A stretch of DNA of 63,712 nt, the filler included, from Intoshia linei (lineage: Eukaryota > Animalia > Orthonectida), in assembly GCA_001642005.1 (NCBI GenBank). It is 5 parts of 5 records of this genome, joined end to end, with 100 filler letters (N's around TTAATTAATTAA, not from the genome) between each part and the next. Parts side by side here need not be neighbours in the genome. Positions count along the whole stretch, not along the records: positions 1 to 27,019 come from LWCA01000453.1; positions 27,120 to 39,034 come from LWCA01001144.1; positions 39,135 to 42,302 come from LWCA01002135.1; 2 more parts are not named here. One strand, 5' to 3'. Position 1 is the stretch's first letter; each line of letters starts with the position of its first letter. Under the pieces are notes generated by a model that saw only the letters and a list, made by a program, of their open reading frames with translations, had not been told where the DNA came from and ran no database searches. A program made the translations under genes and the position numbers. Shown piece after piece: positions 25,640 through 39,175 of the stretch.

Positions 25640-26586
25640 GTATGTTTATATTGAAATTTCAAAGTTTAGAGTAGTTCCTTATATACATTTACGATGTTAA
25701 TATTTTTAAATCTATTAGTAAACAGTTACATTACTTTGATAAGTCAATATCACTTTTATTTAGTATATCTCTTCGTTAAGAATGATAGGTCTACCAGACT
25801 AAAAAAGTATTATATCTCTTTTCTCTCTAGAGGTCTTGATATGTCTCTTTTTTAGTGTTTTTCTCTCTCCTTGTGAGGTTACAATTAATTTAAACAACGA
25901 ATTAAAGGGACAATCAAATTTTAAAATAAGAAAAATAAACATAAAATAGTAAAAAATGTATGACAGTAGACATTAAAATAGTATGTATTATTTAAGTGTC
26001 TTTATTTTTGTACATTTTCTGCTTTAAAACCTAGAGCGATTAAAATTATTGAAAAAATTGTAAATTGAAATTTAATTTAAATTTGAAAATCGATAGTTAC
26101 TAAATTTTTTAATTAATGATTTAATCTTTTTATTTTAGAATAATTAAAATAAATTTAAAAAAAAACTGACCGGCGTAATAACTAAATTAGTGTAACCAGA
26201 ATAAAGTCCTACTTCAATTTTAGTTTATGTGAAGTTAATTCTAAAGCCAAAATTACATATCTATTAGTGCAAAAAAATATTTTTGGGTTAACATTGTTTC
26301 TAAATAAACTAAAACTGATAGTTCGACATTTTCCGGTCTAACTAAATAAAATGATGAACAACTAATAAAATAAATGTAAATTTAATTTGAATTTGAAAAT
26401 CGATAGTTACAAAATTATGGAATTTATGATTTGAAATTTTTTGAGTACATGTATATGATATTTTGTTTAATTTTAAAGAAATACAGTAATTTTCAATATA
26501 TTGAATATTAACACTATGCGTGTGATAATATACTTTTTTGACATGTTACATGTTTTAACTGTATACGACTTAAATATTATAAATAA

Positions 26587-27019
26587 CTAGAATGGCTGTT
26601 TTGTACTACGTACAAACAGCACTTAGCTCTGCCGAGGGCACTCTTTTATTATACCAAAAAAATAAATTCACGTTGAAAATCTAACTTAAAAAAATCCTAC
26701 TATTAACTATTATCAATCTTTTAAAGGAGTGGTTCCCAAATTTTTTTCAGGTGGAACCGTCATATCACATTACTTTTTACTTTAAAGTGAATTATTCCAT
26801 CTTAATTTTTTTTGTTAACATTTGCGTAAAGAATTTTAAAAACAATTATCCCATTTTTTAATTTATTAGACAGAATGTGTGTATAATATTAAAAATAAAG
26901 TAAAAACAGTCCAATCCTAAAAATTGTCATAAATAGTATAAATTCCAGAAAAAATAAAATTATNNNNNNATTTTCAATGTGATGATATATATTCAGAACC
27001 AATTTAATAAATACTTAAA
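26587..27019 (-). mobile_element. Helitron, 3' end, cut by the spacer
   Basis: CTAG followed by hairpin GCTGTTTTGTACTACGTACAAACAGC; sequence closely matches the copies at 44226 and 57333. Confidence 0.7.
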
Positions 27020-27119
27020 NNNNNNNNNNNNNNNNNNNNNNNNNNNNNNNNNNNNNNNNNNNNTTAATTAATTAANNNNNNNNNNNNNNNNNNNNNNNNN
27101 NNNNNNNNNNNNNNNNNNN
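27020..27119. other. Artificial 100-nt contig spacer (also 39035-39134, 42303-42402, 58148-58247)
   Basis: 44 N + TTAATTAATTAA (stops in all six frames) + 44 N, identical four times. Confidence 0.97.
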
Positions 27120-27226
27120 ATCGTCCGAGTGGAAACGTCATTAAAAGAACAATTTGATTTTATTGAACTAGCATATATATAATAAGACATGTATAAATAT
27201 ACATGTATAATAAACATAGTATATAA

Positions 27227-27775
27227 GACGAGAATTAGACGCTTCTCGCAATAAAAGTCGTCTATCAGATGGACTTAATGTCTTTGGGTGTCCAATTTTA
27301 TTATTTAATTTTTTTGACGAACGATTGAGATAGGTTTGTATGCACTTCGTACTTCTTGCTAATTTTTAACTTTATTGCAATTTTCGACTGGCTATGCCCT
27401 TCCTTTATCATATAATCAATAATTCCCTTTTCCCGTTTATTTAAATATTTTTCTTTAGACATCTTCATCAAAAATTGTGTATTCTATATGTATTTATTAA
27501 TTAGATATATTTTGAAATTCAAAAATTTAACTTAAGTGCTAATTAATACCTAAAATATAATCTTTTAGAGCACTTTTGTCGCGTGATAGATAATGAAAAT
27601 AAATATTTTGAGGTAATTAGCGATGAATAATTGCAATAAATTATATTTATACACTTTGACATGTCATAGATAAGTGACATTTTCTAAATTTATTAAATTT
27701 TATTTTAATTTTTATCCAGAAAATAGTTTTAATAGCATTTTTATAGGGTGCTCTAACATTTTGTCGGGTGTGTAT
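27227..27775 (-). mobile_element. Tc1/Tc3-like transposon 5' end with a frameshifted HTH transposase N-terminus
   Basis: ATG at 27462: MSKEKYLNKREKGIIDYMIKEGHSQSKIAIKL / ARSTKCIQTYLNR...GHPKTLSPSDRRLLLREASNS, resembling the Tc3 paired-like domain; TIR-like TA|CACACCCGACAAAATGTTAGAGCACCC near 27775. Confidence 0.7.
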
Positions 27776-28248
27776 TAAGTAATTAAGCTAAAATTTATGC
27801 CTGTTTGTCTGTTACGATTTATTTAAAAAACTAAGCAAGATAAAGTTTAAAAATCATTAAATTTTATAATAGTGTTTTTCAAGCGTGAGGATTATCGCAA
27901 ATGTAATTTTCAGAAATTGAGTCCTTCATGGCTAAAACCCAAACTACCCTTGTTTTTAAAAATAAAATCAGTCATTTTTTTAATATACTGTTTATATAAG
28001 GTGAAATGACCGGTCCATGATGCACAAGTTTGGGAACGTATCCTTATGTAAGATTTTATTATTGTTTATTAATTTTTTTGTAGAATTAAAAAAGTCAGCC
28101 CTTGGCAAAACTATGAAATTTTTATACGAAATACATAACTGTCAAGTTAGTAGTGAAATAATTGTAATTTTAAACTGTAAAATAATGTAAATTAAATACA
28201 TATGTATAATAAACATTAATATATTGTATATAATGAATTAATGTGTAC

Positions 28249-31200
28249 CACTTTGCCTCAAATATGTATAGAGTGTTAACGTAATTCCAATTGGTATTGC
28301 AATCATGCCGTATGAAATAAAGATAACAATTGAACCATAAAATTGACGGCCTGTTCCAAATATGTGACCTTTCATAGTCGTCTATGGAGTTATATTTATA
28401 AAATATTTATCATATTTTTTATTTTTTTGTGGTATATTATGTGAATATTATTAGTTACAACGGATGTAAATTAAGGTATATTATGGAAATTCAATTAAGT
28501 CGATAAATATCTACTAATGAATTTAAAATTACTAAAAAATTTAATTGATTTTTCCACTTTAAAAGTGGTCACGATTTGGATGGTATTCATTTAAATACAT
28601 TAATTAATATGTATAAATGATTTTAAATAGTTCACAATCTTTTGACAGATAACTTTATTCAGATTAATACAGATATTACTCATTTTTAAACCACGTTCTC
28701 CTAGTAACGGAATTTTTTAAAAACCGGTGAATTTCTAGACTTCACCTTACAAAAAATAACACCGTTTGTATAAAATTTATACTATAAATTATAAAGATTT
28801 TACTGAAATTCCATCTATTATTATGTAAGCTGCTACAATCTTTATAAGGTAAACATCAATTTCCAAAACTTCACTAATAAATTGAAAATTATTTTAAAAT
28901 ATTAAATATTTTGTATTTTTTTATGATTTGCATATTTTTCTAGGCTTCTGTAATCTTCAATTTCATATGCAATCTAAGTCAGTGGTTCCCAAAGTGGTCC
29001 ACATGAAATTCAAAAGGTGGTTCACAAGAAAATTTTTATATAAAATAAAGGTAAATTATTATTAGTGAACGTAAACATCATTTATTCCAAATGAAGTAAA
29101 AATTGACTGAATAACGTTAATAATGTTCACGTACGTTATGTAATCTATGTAACTATTTAAATTAGTTTGATAGTAGTTCCCACAACCGAACCTAGCAAGC
29201 TCGTGGCTACTCCTAAAATGAAAAATAGCCGCTTAAAAATTAATTAAAGCCCCCATTATAAAAAAAATTTGCCGAGATCTCTCAGTAGAAAGATCACGGA
29301 TACGGTAGGTTCGGCACTGGTACTTCTCCATTAATAAGTTTGAAATTAATACTAATTATTTATTTTATTTTAACGAATTTGTATGAACCAAAAATTCCGT
29401 TATTAAAAATTTTATCTCTAAATCTCTAGAATCTATTTTTAGGGACTACATACCATAGAGAGTTTAGAGAGACTACAAAAAAAATAAATAAATATATATA
29501 TATATAATTTTTTTACTTATTATAAGTCGGTTTATGACGTTTTTATAAAATAGATATTAAATTAGATAGCGTTAATTAGAAATAATTACCATCATTGCAG
29601 AAATATCATTTTTAACTTTATATATACAGTGGAATCCGCTTATAAGAGACACCGGTTATAAGAGATGTCCGAATATAAGGGAAACAAAGCTAGGAACGGA
29701 ATCAAACGCTTGTTTTGTATATAAATCACAGACGGATATAATGATATAAAGATATAAGGGATTAAAATCCGCTTATAATGGACGGGCAATTTTTTTTTAA
29801 AAATGAATATTTATATATACAAGATTTTTTTAAAATAAATAAACCCTAAAACCTAAACTTAAAAACCCCCCTTGAAAGTTTAGTTAAAAAAATTTCCTAA
29901 AAACCCCCCTTAAAATTTTGGTTTAAAAAAAATTACTAAAACCCAAAATTAAACTAAAATATAAATAAAAGTTTTACACATTCTATACGACATATAATAC
30001 ATCGGATATAAGAGACGTCCGGTTATAAGGGACAAATTCTTGGTCCCGATGCGTCTCTTATAAGTGGATTTCACTGTATTATATTTTTATAAAATATATA
30101 ATATTTTTCATGAACCCCAAAAAACTACTGTGGACCCAGGTGTCCACATAGACCTGTTGATAATGTTTTGTATATACTACTTCGTTATGTATTATTCAAA
30201 AACTTGTAATAACAAGAAATGTGACCATTTAATTGGTTTTATTAAAAAAAATGAAATTCCGTTAACAACGGTGATACTTGGTGAAAATTCCATATTAATT
30301 AAATCTCCAAATTGTCAATTTCGTTAATAAGAACATAGACTCTCGTACATACCGTGTGGGTTTATATACATTTTTTTCTGAAAAAATTTCCATAATTTTA
30401 ATTATTGTTATTAGTATTAATATTATTAATAATTAGCTGTGGTGTAAAATTTTTTGGTTCGCAGATATAAAACCGTTATTTGATTTGTATTAAATAATGT
30501 TCAATTAAAATGTATTCACAATGATGGAACTGATTGAAAAATAACATCATGTTAACTATAATTAAGTAAAAATACGAAATATTTGTAAAAGTGCCACATA
30601 TATATTCCGGAATAGTCAAGAATAATGCTGAAATGACAAGTCCATAAATTACTAAAAATATTAATCAATAGTATTAACGTATTAATTTTAATATGTAAGA
30701 TGTAGTTTGAACATATTTTTCTGTGAATCTCAATGACGAGCTGGTACCCAAAAATAGTGTGTTGTACCCCTAGGGTCCCAGTCCCCACATTTGGCTAGCG
30801 TTGGTCTAATGACTGATAATATAAAGTGTGCGGGTCAATACTACAGTATATGTATCTCTCAAAATTTTTAGGTTACCGCACATTATATAAAACCTTATAA
30901 ATTTTACGGTCTTAGACAAAAAAAATTATCATTTAAATTGGTGTTTCCCAACTTAAAAACTAATAAAAACACATTCCCGTTTCTTTTAATAGAAAAAATA
31001 TGATGAAAATTATTTTATTAACCCTCCAAATCTTAATTAACTCATTTTGTGAAACGCTACTATATATATTTACATATGTATTCTTATATAATTCGTATTT
31101 TATTAGAATTATTAATCAAATTACCAATATTAATTATTGATATAATCAAAAGTTTATTTGCCCTTTTTTCGTTATTTGCACCGACACAATTTCCAATCAA

Positions 31201-34200
31201 ATATGATAATGACATGGAAAATCCTGTAGAAGTCTATTTATATGTTAGTACACATCAACTTTCTTTATTACCTGAAACCAAAATGAATCAATTTGTAATA
31301 AAATTGATTGAGCATTCAATTCGATTTTACCAAGTTTTCCTATAAATATAATAAATTTAATTACAATAAACTCTCTCTAATTCTCCATATTTTTATATCT
31401 CCCCGATTATATTTTATTGAATATACTAGAATCGTTTCTTATCATTTACAATTAAAATGAAAAAATTTATAATGTTAAAATAATTGTAAAGAAAGGAAAT
31501 TTTCATAAATGTAACCTTATAATGTTTTGATATAAAAAATTGGCACACAAGATGCAAAAGGTTGTCGCCCCTCTATTAGATAAAGCATTAACAAGTTACT
31601 AATAATACATGTAGTTTATTTATTACATTATACAATAAAATATTCTATATATATATATATATTCTATCGGTAAAATATAAATACCTGTGACTACTATCGA
31701 AATTTGAAGGGCCCACCAACCCATGCTCATAATTATCATTCCTGGAACAGCTATTTTGCAATAATTGAACCAATTATCAAATATGTCTGATGTTAACACT
31801 AAATGAAATGCAATGCAATTTTTTTTTAAATTTTGCTTTATTTGAGTGTTTCGTATAAGTTTTTATAAAAACATTTTCGATATACATATGCGGAACCAAA
31901 CCAACTGTACTATGAAACTTTCTTCGGCCTCGACGAATTTTTTAAATTGATGTCGTCATTTTTCCAAATTATGTATTAGAAAAAGTATATTATAACTATT
32001 ATAATTATTATTATTTAAATATAACTATTTTTGGTGTTAAAGTTAACCCATATTCTGCCAGTGTGACTATATGATCATGAGGTAATCAAAAGCGAGGAAT
32101 AAAAAATCAAGTAGTTGTATATTAGAAAGAAGATATGACCAGGTACTACATTCAATGCCAAATCTACCATACCGAGACCTTTCTACGAGGAGGATAAACG
32201 AATTTTTTGTGAATTTTTAAATTATGGGGGACTAGTTTATCCAAATTGAGCATTAATACATTATACTCTTGAATATTATAACTATTTTGTGTGTAAATAT
32301 GAAAATTCAAGTCGAGAGCTGTAGAGTAGTGTATAGAACAGTGATTCCCGATTGACATCCCTGGACCCCTGGGGTGCAAAACTATATGCGTGGTGTCCGT
32401 AAGATTTAAATAAAACAATATAAAAATTTATCAACTTTTAGTTATTTTAAGTTTTGAGTTAAGTTATTTATTTTTCCAAAAGCCTAGACGACCGCTAAAT
32501 TATTATATAAAAACCCCACTTTTATCCCACCATTAATAAAATTTAATAAAAAATATTATTTCAAACTCTCAGGGTTTCCCCTTTTTCCAATATTTTTATG
32601 AACAACATGATTTTATCAAATCTTATAAGAAAAACATCTTATTCCAACCACAAAATAAAAATCCAATTTTAGCAAAGCTTAAGGCAAATATCCTCTTTTT
32701 CCAATATTTTTTAAAATTCGATTTTACCAAATCTTTTGAGCAACAACTTCCTAATCCAAAATCGAAATAAATAATCCTATTATATTAAATCTTATGAGAG
32801 AAACTTTTAAAAAAACATTTTTTCATAAATTTTTTATATTTCATGCTTTTTTTGGCTCAAAAAAATAAATATTGTGGAATGGGATCGGTAGTACCGACTC
32901 CGCACACTATTTGAATCGGGATCACTGTACTAAAGAAACCTATTCACATGTGTCAATTTCTTCTAAAAACCAAAAACTAATTATTATTATTATTACAGAA
33001 CGATTTTAACTGAGACTCTCCACTGTGGTGATTATTATACAAATATAATTTACAATATAATAAAAATTCAAAGTAATTACTAGATTTCCAAAAGAAATTA
33101 TTATTTTTGATAAAAATTGTAAATGACAATATAATGACAAGCATAGATATATAGGAAACAGTGAGTGCAAAGACAGATCCACTAAAAAATAAATAAAAAG
33201 TATTCATATATATTTTCAATTCAGATGTTCAGATTCCTTTTGCATCACTTACAAAGTGATGAACATTTCTTTAAAAATGCCCTAAATATACTTATAATTA
33301 ATTGGAAAAGTGACCATTTGATTGAAAATTTCTATAATTTTAATGTGTAATTATAATGTCTAATATCCATTTATTACTCAATTCCGAAACGGTAGTAGTA
33401 CAATAAATAATTAATTCCGAAATTAATTAAATTTCCACATGATGTAGCGACTGCAGAAGGCCATAATATGTGCTAAAATGAATTTATATAAACATGCTAA
33501 GCTACATAGTGATTCGTCAGCAAAATACAATAAAGGCCTTAGTCCAAAGCAGAGATTGGAAATAATTGATTGCAATCAATTAATTGAAAATTTTTTTTTT
33601 TCATTTTTCAATTAATTGGTTTTTTTGATATAACTGAAAAAATATAAATTAAATCCTTTTACGGACAAATAGTTGCATGAAAAATTAATTAATGAACAGA
33701 AAAATGTATTTAACCTACTAGCTTGACTTTTATGTACTTTGAACAAACAGCATCCTAGTATTCATTATAACCACATGACAGTTTTTTAAAAATGATTGAT
33801 ATTGTTATCAATTTTCAATTAATTGAAATTTTTTATTTTTCATAAAGCAATTAATTAGAAAATATTTTTTCATTTTTCAATAATTTTAACCAATTAATTG
33901 CAATTAAATTGGTTGCAATCAATTAATTCCAATCCCTGGTCCAAAGTATGAAAAAAATAAATTTTTTTAAAGTTATCTGGGAGACACGTTTCAAGTGTAA
34001 TTTTCAATAATTTTTGCGTGTGAAATATGTTCAACGTAATTACTGTACATCAGTACAGTCTTTACAGTTACACATATTATTACTGAAAAAGTTACTTAAA
34101 AGTATTACTAAATGATTTAGTCTAACACATACATCATCATCTACATAATTGATGATATGTATCAAAAGCCAACTTGTAAATAGTTATTACATTTAAAATT

Positions 34201-36553
34201 ATATTACCTGAGTTTGTAAAAACTTTGCAAAACAAATGTATAAAAAGTAACTCTAAAAATTGTAAAATTCAATACAATAACAAATGAAATGGCTTCTTTA
34301 AAATATAAATGTTGCGTAAATAAAATTATTCTTAAAATTGTAAATATTTTTCATCCTCATATGTGAAGAAAAACACGGTACAATGAAAGTACAAATATAA
34401 AATGTACAAAGTATATGAGCACATTCATATTTGACAGAAACCAATTTACAAAATTACAATAATGTACATGTGATGCAATCGAAAATTTAGAAATGTAATT
34501 TGATGCTAATCTAAAATTTATTATTATTCAACCATTAATAAAATTAATAATTAAAATTAATATATTCATAACTTTTTTAAAATTTTTTAGAATTACCTGG
34601 AAATTTGTTCATTTTGATTGAGAAGCATAAATATTTGATATGAATATGATTGAATAATTAATGAAATTATGGAAGTGATAGATAAAATTAATATCGCTGC
34701 AAATAAAAAATTTTAAAATTTCAAAGTACATTTGTATTTGTTACATTTTGATAAATAAATGTTTAATTTAAGAAATCGTTTGGCTCCATATAGCTAAATG
34801 TTTTATAAATAAAAATTATTACAATTTCAAAATAAAATTTTTTTTCAAGAATTACGACCAGGGATTGGAAATAATAAACAATCAATTATTTTGTATAAAC
34901 CAATTAATTATTTGCTAAATATTAATTTTTCATATAATTGAAAAAATTTAAATGTAGAACAAAATAAAATTTAATCATTAATGCACCACATTTATAATAA
35001 TACAATATGTCATGTGTCAAGTTGACACTGTAAAAACTTTTTGTAGCGTATTACAGTCCCACCATGATTTGTTTATTTTCAGAAACAATTGTATTTCCAA
35101 ATTGGAAGGAAGAAGCCTTTTTATTAAATCACTGTAGGTCAATCCGGCTAAACTGAAAAATCTTTCGACGACGTTGGATGTTGGAATAATACATCTACAA
35201 TCCATGTACGGTCTCAGATTATTAGTAGTAATTCGGCGTTTTTTTAATATTGTATTAGCAAAATCAAAGTCAGTATCATAATTTACACCGGATTGACTGT
35301 TATTGTTTATTTTTAAACTCAAAACAGATTTAATCTCATTTTTTGTTAGAAAATGTTCACGGTTGTCGATAATATTTGTTTTTATTATAACCACATGACC
35401 AGTTTTTTAAAAATGATAATGATATTGTTATCAATCTTCAATTACAATTGTAATTGAAATTTTTTTATATTTCAAAAAATTCAATTAATTGAAAAATAAT
35501 TATTGAACAAACAATTAATTGATTTTATTTTTAATAATTGTTATCAATTAATTGCAATTAAATTAGTTGCAATTAATTAATTCCAATCGCTGATTACGAC
35601 AACACAATGGAAGCAGAAATTCACTCATTTCTAATTGAAATGTTTAAAAGTTGCTGTAAATAGAGACATTAAATGTTAAAATAAATACTCAGATTCCTAA
35701 TTTCGTTAAAATGTTATATCCAGTTCTAAGTACCCTAATGAAACAACTTTAGTTGAAATGTTCTCATTTTATTATTTAGTCTTAAATTAACGTTCTTGAA
35801 GTAATACATTGATTCTCCCATAACAATAATAATAATAATGTATTTAAACCTGTGAAAAGAACGTATCACACGCTGTTCCCATTCCGTGGGCGGCTGCAAA
35901 ACATGAAATATTGATAAACTAAATTTGATTTCATTACATTAAATAAACTAAACATAAATTTAATTGTAAAGTTGAATGAAATCTAAAAAATTAACACATA
36001 ATGCCAAGCTAATTGAAGCCAATTCCGTACTGTCGCCAAAATGTCCACTCATTATGACGGCTACAGAAAAAAGAGTCGTCTGTGTTACATTTATGTATAT
36101 CTAAATTAAAATATTAAATTTAAATGTACTGTATTACATACAAATTGTACGATACAACAGCTTTTCCCAGGTTGGTTTACACCAACTACCACGGAAGTTT
36201 AACATAATAAAAAATAAAACTACCCACAAATCATTAGTTTAGTTTCAAAATAATAAATTAACAGTATTATATTGAATATTTTTCAGCCGAGTACCAAATT
36301 TTCAGTTATGGAACCTCTTTGGAAAAATTTGGCATTATTACAAAGTTTTAAGATTTACTGATTGAATGTCATTTTTAGTGTATTAAATTAATAATTAATA
36401 TACATTGTATATATAGTATATAATATATATACTATATATACTATATATAATATATATAATATATAGTATTTTAGTTACCAAAGGAAATGCATTCCAATAA
36501 AATAGTTTCGCCTCTCTGAGATAAATTGATGGATTCAGAACTGATTTTTTCAT
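28249..36553 (-). CDS. SLC47A: MATE (SLC47) multidrug/toxin extrusion transporter, about 15 exons, 3' end missing
   Basis: In-frame exons (some boundaries approximate): 36553-36479, 36100-35996, 35918-35850, 34792-34744, 34696-34597, 34510-34468, 34252-34208, 33472-33378, 33181-33081, 31798-31685, 31339-31272, 31233-31125, 30651-30576, 28874-28804, 28381-28249. Motifs SGHFGDSTELASISLA, GMGTACDTFFSQLYGAK, KFLQTQ, IAVPGM...WWA, ELNAQS, IGNCVGANN, GTGRQFYG...AIPIG. Confidence 0.88.
29627..30076. mobile_element. pogo/Tigger-type MITE in a MATE intron
   Basis: TA|CAGTGGAATCCGCTTATAAGAGA ... TCTCTTATAAGTGGATTTCACTG|TA; subterminal TATAAG(A/G)GA repeats. Confidence 0.85.
33550..33938. mobile_element. 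hAT MITE, same family as 34859-35592
   Basis: CAGAGATTGGAA / TTCCAATCCCTG; perfect 8-bp TSD GTCCAAAG. Confidence 0.85.
34859..35592 (-). mobile_element. Deleted hAT element retaining the transposase dimerisation domain (ORF 35017-35394)
   Basis: CAGGGATTGGAA / TTCCAATCGCTG; perfect TSD ATTACGAC; protein PTSNVVERFFSLAG...LLPSNLEIQLFLKIN. Confidence 0.88.
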
Positions 36554-36752
36554 TTCAATTTATTCATTCATTCATTTTTATAAATTCTTATTTAATTAAC
36601 GTACATCTGCAACATTGAACCAATTTTACATATAAATTTAAATTAAGTAATTATTTTATAATATCACGTTACATGAAAATTTCGTGTTTAGTTAATTATT
36701 TTTTAATACCAAATAAAAGACTACATTTATTTTTATAAGTATACAATGTATA

Positions 36753-38124
36753 TGTTACAGGCAATTTGAAAACCCAGGAAACTTTTACGGTCTATTTTTT
36801 CTATGATCGGATGTAGAAGAGAATGCACCTGTTCCTTCAATTTCACCATTATTCTCTTTTGATTCATCCATGTTGCAAGTAGTACTAGATAAAACAATTA
36901 AATATAAACATACAATTGAATTAGATAAAAAAATATTCTCTGGTGTGAACACCACAGAAAATTTTTAATTTTTTTGTAAAATGGTTTGTAGATAAAAAAT
37001 TAATCTTAATATTTCAGTTTTAACTGGGGTCTGTAGTCTAAATAAATAACTTCAATTAAATTAAATGATTCTTAACTTAAATTCTTAAATTAACTACAAT
37101 GCAAACATTTAAAAACAAACAAAATACGTTTTATACTGATGATTTTCAATAATTTTTTTAGGAGGATGCACACCGAAAACTGCCTTATATGGGCTGGTTT
37201 GTATTCCAGAGTGCCACCTGGCATTTTTTTGATATTGTACTGTTGACAATGAATTATGCCATGGCTTTTACGGTTTTGGTCACGCCATACCGCTATTAAT
37301 GATTCAATATCTCTGTTTCCTCTCTCAACGCTACCCTACCATTGAGAGTGACGCGGTCGACCGTGGATCATTCTGCAATCAGGCCAATTTTAATTTAAAA
37401 AGTCAATCATTGCTTTATTTTTAAATTCATGGCCATTATCGGTTTGTAATAATTTGGGTGACCCAAAAATATCAAAAATGGAACGCAAGACTTCTATCAC
37501 CATTTCAGCAGTTTTTCTCATCAATGGTCGGAGAATACAAAATTTGGTAAAATGATCTTGATAATGTAATATAAATTTGTATCGTTCATTTGTTGACTGC
37601 ATGTCAATTAAACTAATCTGTACTTGACAGTTTAAATTTTCAGTCAAAATAGGTTTATGTACCAATCCTATTCTTTTTTTAATTTCTTTTTTCTTTTGTG
37701 TTGGTTTTTTTAAATGACAACCTTCACATTTTGCCAAAACTAACATTATTTGAGATCTTGAAATGTTATAAAATCTACAATTTAAGTAATTGAGCATAAT
37801 ATCACGGCCAGAGTGTCCACTGTTGATGTGATAATCAGAGATTTCTATATAAGTATCTTCAATGTTCAATACTTTTTTCATAGTTCTTTTTTTTACAATA
37901 TATTTCAAATCACCTTCAGCTATCAATTCGTACCTAATTTAATATTAATAAGTGTAAGCAAAATTGAAATAATACTTGTTCAAAATGTTCCAATCATTTT
38001 TTATTCTGGGTTCATTTACATTATTTTGTAATTTTATCAGTCTTTCATAATATTCATAATATTTATCAACGCTTAATGTTTTAATATACTTGCTATTATT
38101 GCTTTCATTTATAAACTCTTCCAT
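36753..38124 (-). mobile_element. Ginger-type (KRBA2/SCAND3-like integrase) DNA transposon with a pseudogenised transposase containing a 42-nt intron
   Basis: ATG at 38124; intron 37975-37934; HHCC HINSGHSG...CEGC; core LIDMQ...YQDHFTKF...LQTDNGHEF...GRPRH..*GSVERGNRDI with stops and a frameshift; TATA|TGTTACAGG terminus at 36753. Confidence 0.82.
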
Positions 38125-38256
38125 TATGATATAAATGTTCTTTGGAAAATTTTTAATATTATTTATTTATGCGTCGTTAATAGTGCATAATCTTAAATAT
38201 TATAATTTTGTTAAACTAAGCTTTAGTGTTACTAAAGTTTGCAATATATGTTACAG

Positions 38257-39034
38257 TAGGGTGTCCACTTTTTTAAAGATCAAAAAGTATATTTGCCTAT
38301 AGATGTATTTTTATGCGCTGATCACGATTATGTATACATTATATGTTTTAATTAAGATTTTCTTCGCCTATTTTTTAAAACGTCTTTTCATAAAATAAAC
38401 GTAAACATACCTTTATTTATTTTACAATACAATTGAATTTGATAATTAATATTGATAAATGCCAAAAGTTAATAATTTAATCTCTAAAAATGGTTTGAAT
38501 TGGACACGTTCATATGGTGTAGTAATTAGTGTACCTCTAGATAGTCTATGCAGATTGCCGACAACTAAAAAAGTTATGGGAAGGTATCATCATTTACAAA
38601 TGGAAAATAGCAAAAAATGCAAATCATATTATTGTAATAAAACTGCTGAAGAACTACATGCCTTGTGGCTAAAAATGACTCTTGGTCCAATCCCATTAGG
38701 ATTGGTAAAATTGAAAATTAGAGATCTAATGAAAAAATACACTATTTACTAAAAATCCAAAATATTACTATGAATTTCAAGAAAGTTGGCGAAGCATATT
38801 CATGATAAGAGATAAAAATATACAAATTGACGATGAAGATGAACGTTTTCTGAAATTGAAAATTATTTCGAAAGGAGAATGTGGTGTATGTTCTAATAGT
38901 TTTTGTAGTTCGACCGTACCAATTGAAAAATCGAAAAAAGACAAAGATTTTAATTTTCAATTTGAATCAATAGTGGAACATTATTCTGATAATTTAACCG
39001 ATGAAGATTATTTACCTCTTCATAAAGTTTCAAA
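38257..39034 (+). mobile_element. hATm-like transposon 5' end with a frameshifted transposase N-terminus
   Basis: TAGGGTGTCC terminus like the MITE at 12273; ORFs 38459-38752 (RLPTTKKVMGRY...AEELHALW) and 38802 onward; cut by the spacer. Confidence 0.55.
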
Positions 39035-39175
39035 NNNNNNNNNNNNNNNNNNNNNNNNNNNNNNNNNNNNNNNNNNNNTTAATTAATTAANNNNNNNNNN
39101 NNNNNNNNNNNNNNNNNNNNNNNNNNNNNNNNNNTATAGTGTAAGCCGTTTTGTTGGGTATTTCAACAAATCCAA

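Noticed and set aside
27064-27075. TTAATTAATTAA palindrome recurring four times
   Set aside because: Always centred in 44 + 44 N; an artificial linker, not a biological repeat.
31049-31345. 98-aa hydrophobic plus-strand ORF
   Set aside because: Antisense to two MATE exons.
36404-36467. TA-rich simple repeat
   Set aside because: Ordinary intronic microsatellite.
36790-36871. MDESKENNGEIEGT as a first MATE exon
   Set aside because: Lies inside the terminal region of the Ginger element; unsupported without cDNA.
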